From Candidatus Zhuqueibacterota bacterium (GTDB taxonomy: Bacteria; Zhuqueibacterota; Zhuqueibacteria; Thermofontimicrobiales; Thermofontimicrobiaceae), in contig JBMOPW010000016.1 of assembly GCA_049322915.1 (NCBI GenBank), positions 199,971-263,970 of the forward strand: DNA of 64,000 bases. The letters are read 5' to 3'. The notes under the pieces are model-generated. The model had not been told where the DNA came from and ran no database searches. It worked only from the letters and a program-made list of their open reading frames with translations. The position numbers were made by a program, and so were the translations under genes. Shown piece by piece: positions 59,564 through 64,000 of the stretch (position 1 is the first letter of the stretch; each line of letters starts with the position of its first letter).

Positions 59564-59987
59564 CGGGGTGTTCCTTTGAACCGGAATAAATGACACGTGA
59601 CGTTTAAGTTAAGGCTGCACCGGCAAACCTCAAAAGGATGAATAGCGACTTCATCAGCAAATGGCTTGACACCAGCGATTGAAAGGCGACTGCGAAGTCT
59701 GCGAGTTCAGCCCTGCAATTATCCAACCCGGGTAGCCAACCAAAATCAGGAGCAAGCCTGGGTTGTCCGAAGTCTTCAGGCAAATTTCAGGCGCTTCTGA
59801 CCGCGATGAATTTCGAAGTTCAGTCGGGCAGCAATGTCGTGAATATTGAGATCGCGAAAGCCAAATATAGGTAAACGACTGAAAAATGTCAAGGCATTTA
59901 TAGGTGAATTTTGCCGATGAGCGCATGTTTGCCACCTGTCAATTGGGAGATTTCATATTAACCGCAAGCGCTGCCTGGTTGAAATAG

Positions 59988-60026
59988 CAAAGCCCGAAAT
60001 TCTGGCTGAACGGAATTCGGGCTTTG
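59988..60026 (-). terminator. Hairpin terminator after the DUF2961 gene
   Basis: CAAAGCCCGAA...TTCGGGCTTTG 11-bp stem. Confidence 0.6.
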
Positions 60027-60045
60027 GAGTCTGCATGTCCGATGG

Positions 60046-61194
60046 TTATTTGATCTCCAGATAATCCCGATCCGGTAGCTTGGGGAATTTGGCGTGCGGC
60101 TCTTTCTGATACCAGTACGCGACAGAGGAGATATCATCCTGCAATGGCAGATAGCGACCGCCGGAGCGCCAGCCCAGGGCCTGCATGGTCACTTTCAAAT
60201 CTTTCTCGAAACGAACCGGATCCATGATGTGCCAGCGGTACAAACCAAATCGCTGCTGCGAATTCCAGAGTCCGTCCGGGCTGATCACCTGGGGCATCCC
60301 GGCAAAGGGCGTGGAATATTCTTTATATTTATCATCAGCGACAAAGCCGTAGGAACCGCAGAAATAATCTTCGGTACCGGTCCCGCAGATGGTTGGAAAT
60401 TGTTTATCGCCATCGATGAAAAATTTGATCTCGCCTTCGCCCCACCAACCTGTGTTGTTGGAGCCCCAGCACATGTACGTCCCCACAAAGTGCCCCTGGC
60501 CTTTCACTCCATCGAGAATGGTGAAGACGTCTTTGTAGGGCACCGGATTCACGCGCCGGAATTGGGCGTGGAAATAGGCGGCATCCTCCGGCACTTCAGT
60601 GAGGGTGTAGTTGATCTGATAGTACAAGGTCATCTGATTATCATCCAGGTTCTCCATGGTGATCTTGCAGGACTTGCGGAACGGCATCACCCAGTAGCAG
60701 TTGAAGGCGCTGCCCGGATTGACGCACACTGGCAGGGAGTTGACATGGGCATATTTGCCCCAGCCGCAGGCAAAAAAATCACCGACCGGAACTTCGACCG
60801 ATGGCTCGGTTTCGCCGTCCCAATAAAACCGGATGATGGAAAAGCGCCAGTTGCCGGAGGGCGTCATCCATATTTGCTGAATGGCGCCAGAACCCGTGAT
60901 TTCTGCGAGCACATAGGTCTCGTGCGATTTGATGTGGATGTACGGTGAAACTTTCCAGCCCTGGCCTAAGTCGCGCGCCGCTTTGGCAGCCAGTCCATCG
61001 GTGGACATGCCGCCTTTGCCTTTTTCACCGGTGAAATTTTCCGGGCTGATGGAACGTGTTTGGGCGTTGGATAGTCGGGGCAGATTGCCCATATCCATGT
61101 ACAACCCGTTGAATGCTGAACTCTGAGCCAGGACAATGGATGCCGAGAAGACAAGGAGCAAGAATGGACTCAGAATACCCTGTAATTTTTTCAT
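60046..61194 (-). CDS. Secreted DUF2961 (GH172) glycoside hydrolase
   Basis: RSISPENFTGEKGKGG, WWGEGEIKF, GTGTEDYF, YRWHIMDP, DDISSVAYWYQ. Confidence 0.92.
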   Translation of the reverse strand: MKKLQGILSPFLLLVFSASIVLAQSSAFNGLYMDMGNLPRLSNAQTRSISPENFTGEKGKGGMSTDGLAAKAARDLGQGWKVSPYIHIKSHETYVLAEITGSGAIQQIWMTPSGNWRFSIIRFYWDGETEPSVEVPVGDFFACGWGKYAHVNSLPVCVNPGSAFNCYWVMPFRKSCKITMENLDDNQMTLYYQINYTLTEVPEDAAYFHAQFRRVNPVPYKDVFTILDGVKGQGHFVGTYMCWGSNNTGWWGEGEIKFFIDGDKQFPTICGTGTEDYFCGSYGFVADDKYKEYSTPFAGMPQVISPDGLWNSQQRFGLYRWHIMDPVRFEKDLKVTMQALGWRSGGRYLPLQDDISSVAYWYQKEPHAKFPKLPDRDYLEIK

Positions 61195-61283
61195 GGAACC
61201 CTCCTGAAATAAATGCAGTTACAGTGATTAATTCATAACTACTCAGCAACAAAGATACGAAGGCACAACGTAAAAGAAATATC

Positions 61284-61325
61284 CGAACCCAGAACGCTAA
61301 ACCTTAAACCTTAAACCTTAAACCC
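61284..61325. repeat. Heptamer tandem repeat (TAAACCT-like, 6 units)
   Basis: CGAACCC AGAACGC TAAACCT TAAACCT TAAACCT TAAACCC. Confidence 0.7.
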
Positions 61326-61498
61326 GTATGACTACCACTAATATATATGAAATATGCTGAATGTCAAGTGTTTCGTTCAGAAAAGTGAATCCGTCACCAG
61401 GGCGCAAAGCGAATCGGCCGGGGTGAAAATCGTCTGTGAAAAAACTCGGCCTGAACCGAATTAAAATTGAATAAATTCTGCTTTCCAAGAAAAACTAC

Positions 61499-61529
61499 TT
61501 GCTTCTTAAATTCAATTTTACTATCTTTG
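61499..61529 (+). promoter_or_regulatory. Putative promoter of the rplM operon
   Basis: TTGCTT, 17 nt, TATCTT(TG); the -10 also fits the Bacteroidota TAnnTTTG motif. Confidence 0.5.
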
Positions 61530-61599
61530 GTAATTTTAAAAAAATATTTTTTCATAAATTCATAGTAATAAAAAAGAAACATAGTTAGGAGAAACAGAC

Positions 61600-62034
61600 G
61601 TGAAAACTTTTTCACCACGACCGAAAGACATCGATCGGCACTGGTTCGTTGTCGATGCGAGAAATCAGGTGTTAGGTCGATTGGCATCGCAGGTCGCGCA
61701 TGTCCTGCGCGGCAAACATAAACCGACTTTCGCACCGCATTTCGATGTTGGCGATCATGTTGTTGTAATTAACGCCGAGAAGGTTCGCCTAACCGGAAGG
61801 AAAGCCCAGCACAAAGTGTACAGTCGTCATACCGGCTATCCCGGCGGTCTGCGGCAGACAGTCTATGAAGACATGATGAAAACCTATCCGGAACGAATCA
61901 TCGAACATGCAATAAAAGGCATGCTGCCCGATAATCGTCTCGGCCGGCAGATGTTCAGAAAATTGAAAGTGTATGTCGGTGAATCGCATCCTCATCATGC
62001 CCAAAATCCCAAGCCTCTGGAGCTTCATAAATAA
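61600..62034 (+). CDS. rplM: 50S ribosomal protein L13
   Basis: WFVVDA..LGRLAS..LRGKHKP..GDHVVVINA..HTGYPGG; GTG start with AGGAG RBS. Confidence 0.98.
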   Translation: MKTFSPRPKDIDRHWFVVDARNQVLGRLASQVAHVLRGKHKPTFAPHFDVGDHVVVINAEKVRLTGRKAQHKVYSRHTGYPGGLRQTVYEDMMKTYPERIIEHAIKGMLPDNRLGRQMFRKLKVYVGESHPHHAQNPKPLELHK

Positions 62035-62125
62035 AAGGCAGTCAGGCGGGCCATCATCGTTCGCTCGGTTTGAAAACAGTCGTAATTAAAGTAAGGCATA
62101 AATCAAAAAAACAAAGAGGTTATGT

Positions 62126-62518
62126 ATGAAAGTAACGGAGTATCGCGCGACAGGCCGGAGAAAAGGCTCCATCGCAAGAGTCAGGGTGATGCCTGGCAAT
62201 GGAAAAATCGAAGTGAATAAAAAGTCGCTGATTGATCATTTCAAACGTGAAACACTGAAGATGTTGATCGAGCAGCCGTTTATCAAAACTGAAACACAGG
62301 AAAAGTTCGATGTTGTGGCTGATGTCAACGGCGGCGGATTGTCCGGTCAGGCCGGCGCTGTGCGTCTGGGAATTTCCAGGGCGCTGCTGCAATACGATGA
62401 AGAGCTGCGATCCATTTTACGGGCTAACGGCTTTTTGACCAGGGATCCTCGCGAGAAAGAGCGCAAGAAATATGGTATGGCTGGCGCGCGCAAACGGTAT
62501 CAATTTTCCAAACGTTAA
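62126..62518 (+). CDS. rpsI: 30S ribosomal protein S9
   Basis: ATGRRK..GGGLSGQAGA..LTRDPREKERKKYG..QFSKR. Confidence 0.98.
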   Translation: MKVTEYRATGRRKGSIARVRVMPGNGKIEVNKKSLIDHFKRETLKMLIEQPFIKTETQEKFDVVADVNGGGLSGQAGAVRLGISRALLQYDEELRSILRANGFLTRDPREKERKKYGMAGARKRYQFSKR

Positions 62519-62538
62519 TATCTGTTTATCTGATGAAG

Positions 62539-62632
62539 AACACACATCTCTTGATCACGTATGGGGTGCCGGAATGAGTGAAATAAAATTCGGTACAGAC
62601 GTTTTGCCAAAGAGATGGAGGAAAAACCCCAA
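62539..62632 (+). ncRNA. rpsB leader (t44 / S2 autoregulatory RNA)
   Basis: ACACACAUC...GGGGUGCC...UGGAGG..AACCCC layout as in the E. coli rpsB leader; CAUCUCUU (62545)/AAGAGAUG (62610) stem; GGGGU/ACCCC complementarity. Confidence 0.8.
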
Positions 62633-62649
62633 ATTAGAGGAGAATTATC

Positions 62650-63426
62650 ATGAGTGTCAATTTGCAAGATCTGTTGATGGCGGGAACTCACTTCGGGCAT
62701 TTGACCCGTCGCTGGAATCCGAAAATGAAGAAATACATCTTCATGGAAAAAAATGGGATTTACATTATCGATATAAAAAAGACTCTGACCTATCTGGAAC
62801 GAGCCTGCGAAGAAGTGAAGAACGTGGTGAAAAATGGCGGCAAGGTGCTGTTCGTCGGAACCAAAAAACAGGCCAAGGATATTATTCGAATCGAAGCCGA
62901 ACGATGCAATCAATTTTATGTCAATGAGCGATGGTTGGGTGGTACGCTCACCAACTTTGTGACTGTCAAAAAGAGCATCAAGCGGCTCAAAAATTTTGAT
63001 AAGATGATGACGGACGGTTCGTATGAAAAACTCACCAAAAAAGAAATCCTGAATATCGAGCGCGACAAGGAAAAACTGGAACGCGTACTGGGCGGGATTA
63101 AAGAGATGACGAAACTGCCGGGAATTATTTTTGTCGTGGATACGAAAAAAGAAGCGATCGCAGTTGCCGAAGCTGACCGATTGAATATTCCCATCATTGG
63201 ATTGATTGATACAAATTCCGATCCGGATATGATTGACTACCCGATCCCGGGAAACGATGATGCATTCAAATCGATCAACCTGATCACCCATACTATCGCT
63301 GACGCTGTGATTGAAGGCATGCAGTACCAGTCAGCCCATGCCATGGAAGAAGAGGGGATCGAAGAGAAGAAATCGATGGAATATGAAGTCGAAACAGAAA
63401 AAAGTTTTGAAGAAGAAAACTATTAA
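62650..63426 (+). CDS. rpsB: 30S ribosomal protein S2
   Basis: [40 protein letters not shown]. Confidence 0.98.
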   Translation: MSVNLQDLLMAGTHFGHLTRRWNPKMKKYIFMEKNGIYIIDIKKTLTYLERACEEVKNVVKNGGKVLFVGTKKQAKDIIRIEAERCNQFYVNERWLGGTLTNFVTVKKSIKRLKNFDKMMTDGSYEKLTKKEILNIERDKEKLERVLGGIKEMTKLPGIIFVVDTKKEAIAVAEADRLNIPIIGLIDTNSDPDMIDYPIPGNDDAFKSINLITHTIADAVIEGMQYQSAHAMEEEGIEEKKSMEYEVETEKSFEEENY

Positions 63427-63451
63427 AATTTTATATAGAGAGGAGTTAGAA

Positions 63452-64000
63452 ATGACTGTCAGTGCAGATGATGTAAAAAAACTACGGGAGAGCACCGGCG
63501 CCGGAATTATGGACTGTAAAAATGCCCTCAAGGAAACGAATGGCGATTACGATCAGGCCGTTGATTATTTGAGAAAAAAAGGCATTGCCAAGGCGGAGAA
63601 GAAAGCATCTCGCGAAGCAAAGGATGGAAGCATTGAAAGTTACATTCACCCCGGGAGCAAACTTGGCGTGATTCTTGAGATAAATTGTGAGACTGACTTT
63701 GTAGCGAAGACCGATGATTTTAAAAAATTTGTCTCATCCGTGGCGGTTCACATTGCCGAGAAGCAGCCGAAAGATGTGGCCGATTTGAACGGGCAGCCTT
63801 TTATGAATGGAAAATCCGTCGAAGAAATCCGGAAAGAGATTGTCGGGAAGTTGGGCGAAAACATCACCATCAAACGATTCGAAATCTACCCTTATAAAAA
63901 TGGATTGATCGAGAAATACATCCACCCGGGGAGCAAGCTGGGAGTGCTCGTCGAAGTGAATACCGAAAGTGATGCAGCAAGCCAGTCGGCCGAGTTCAAA
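63452..64000 (+). CDS. tsf: Elongation factor Ts, runs off the window
   Basis: Not in ORF track; hand-translated MTVSADDVKKLRESTGAGIMDCKNAL...EINCETDFVAK...GENITIKRF. Confidence 0.97.
   Translation, partial: MTVSADDVKKLRESTGAGIMDCKNALKETNGDYDQAVDYLRKKGIAKAEKKASREAKDGSIESYIHPGSKLGVILEINCETDFVAKTDDFKKFVSSVAVHIAEKQPKDVADLNGQPFMNGKSVEEIRKEIVGKLGENITIKRFEIYPYKNGLIEKYIHPGSKLGVLVEVNTESDAASQSAEFK

Noticed and set aside
59600..59985. Possible riboswitch or small ORF upstream of the sugar cluster
   Set aside because: No recognisable aptamer motif; the 93-aa ORF has no supporting features.

Overview
Gene-dense chromosomal segment from a diderm FCB-group bacterium. The rplM-rpsI-rpsB-tsf gene order, four secreted proteins with PNPF/PNPY-type FlgD-Ig C-terminal sorting domains and a SusD-less TBDR/PorV cassette suggest candidate division KSB1 or a Calditrichota-like lineage (inference). 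Contents, left to right: an ECF sigma/anti-sigma/Spy-like module; a secreted transglutaminase-like protein; an RpiR, M20 peptidase, secreted cyanophycinase and YfcC transporter operon, followed co-directionally by a CTD protein, TonB-dependent receptor, large CTD protein, PorV-like barrel and metallopeptidase; apgM, GH57 and OmpA; menA coupled to a B12-dependent radical SAM enzyme; a ParB-N plus SPL-like radical SAM pair; two GxGYxYP paralogs, each beside glycerophospholipid genes; several peptidases; a putative sugar catabolic cluster; and a ribosomal operon with a t44/S2 leader. I saw no rRNA, tRNA, CRISPR array, integrase or full-length transposase, but several intergenic MITE/REP-like elements are present. 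Best candidates for an undescribed system: (1) a PUL-like cyanophycin-scavenging locus with an M20 peptidase where an isoaspartyl dipeptidase is expected and a TBDR/CTD-protein/PorV module instead of SusC/D; (2) menA with a class B radical SAM (possible quinone modification); (3) ParB-N with a non-canonical SPL-like radical SAM. All family calls come from motif recognition by eye; no database searches were run.
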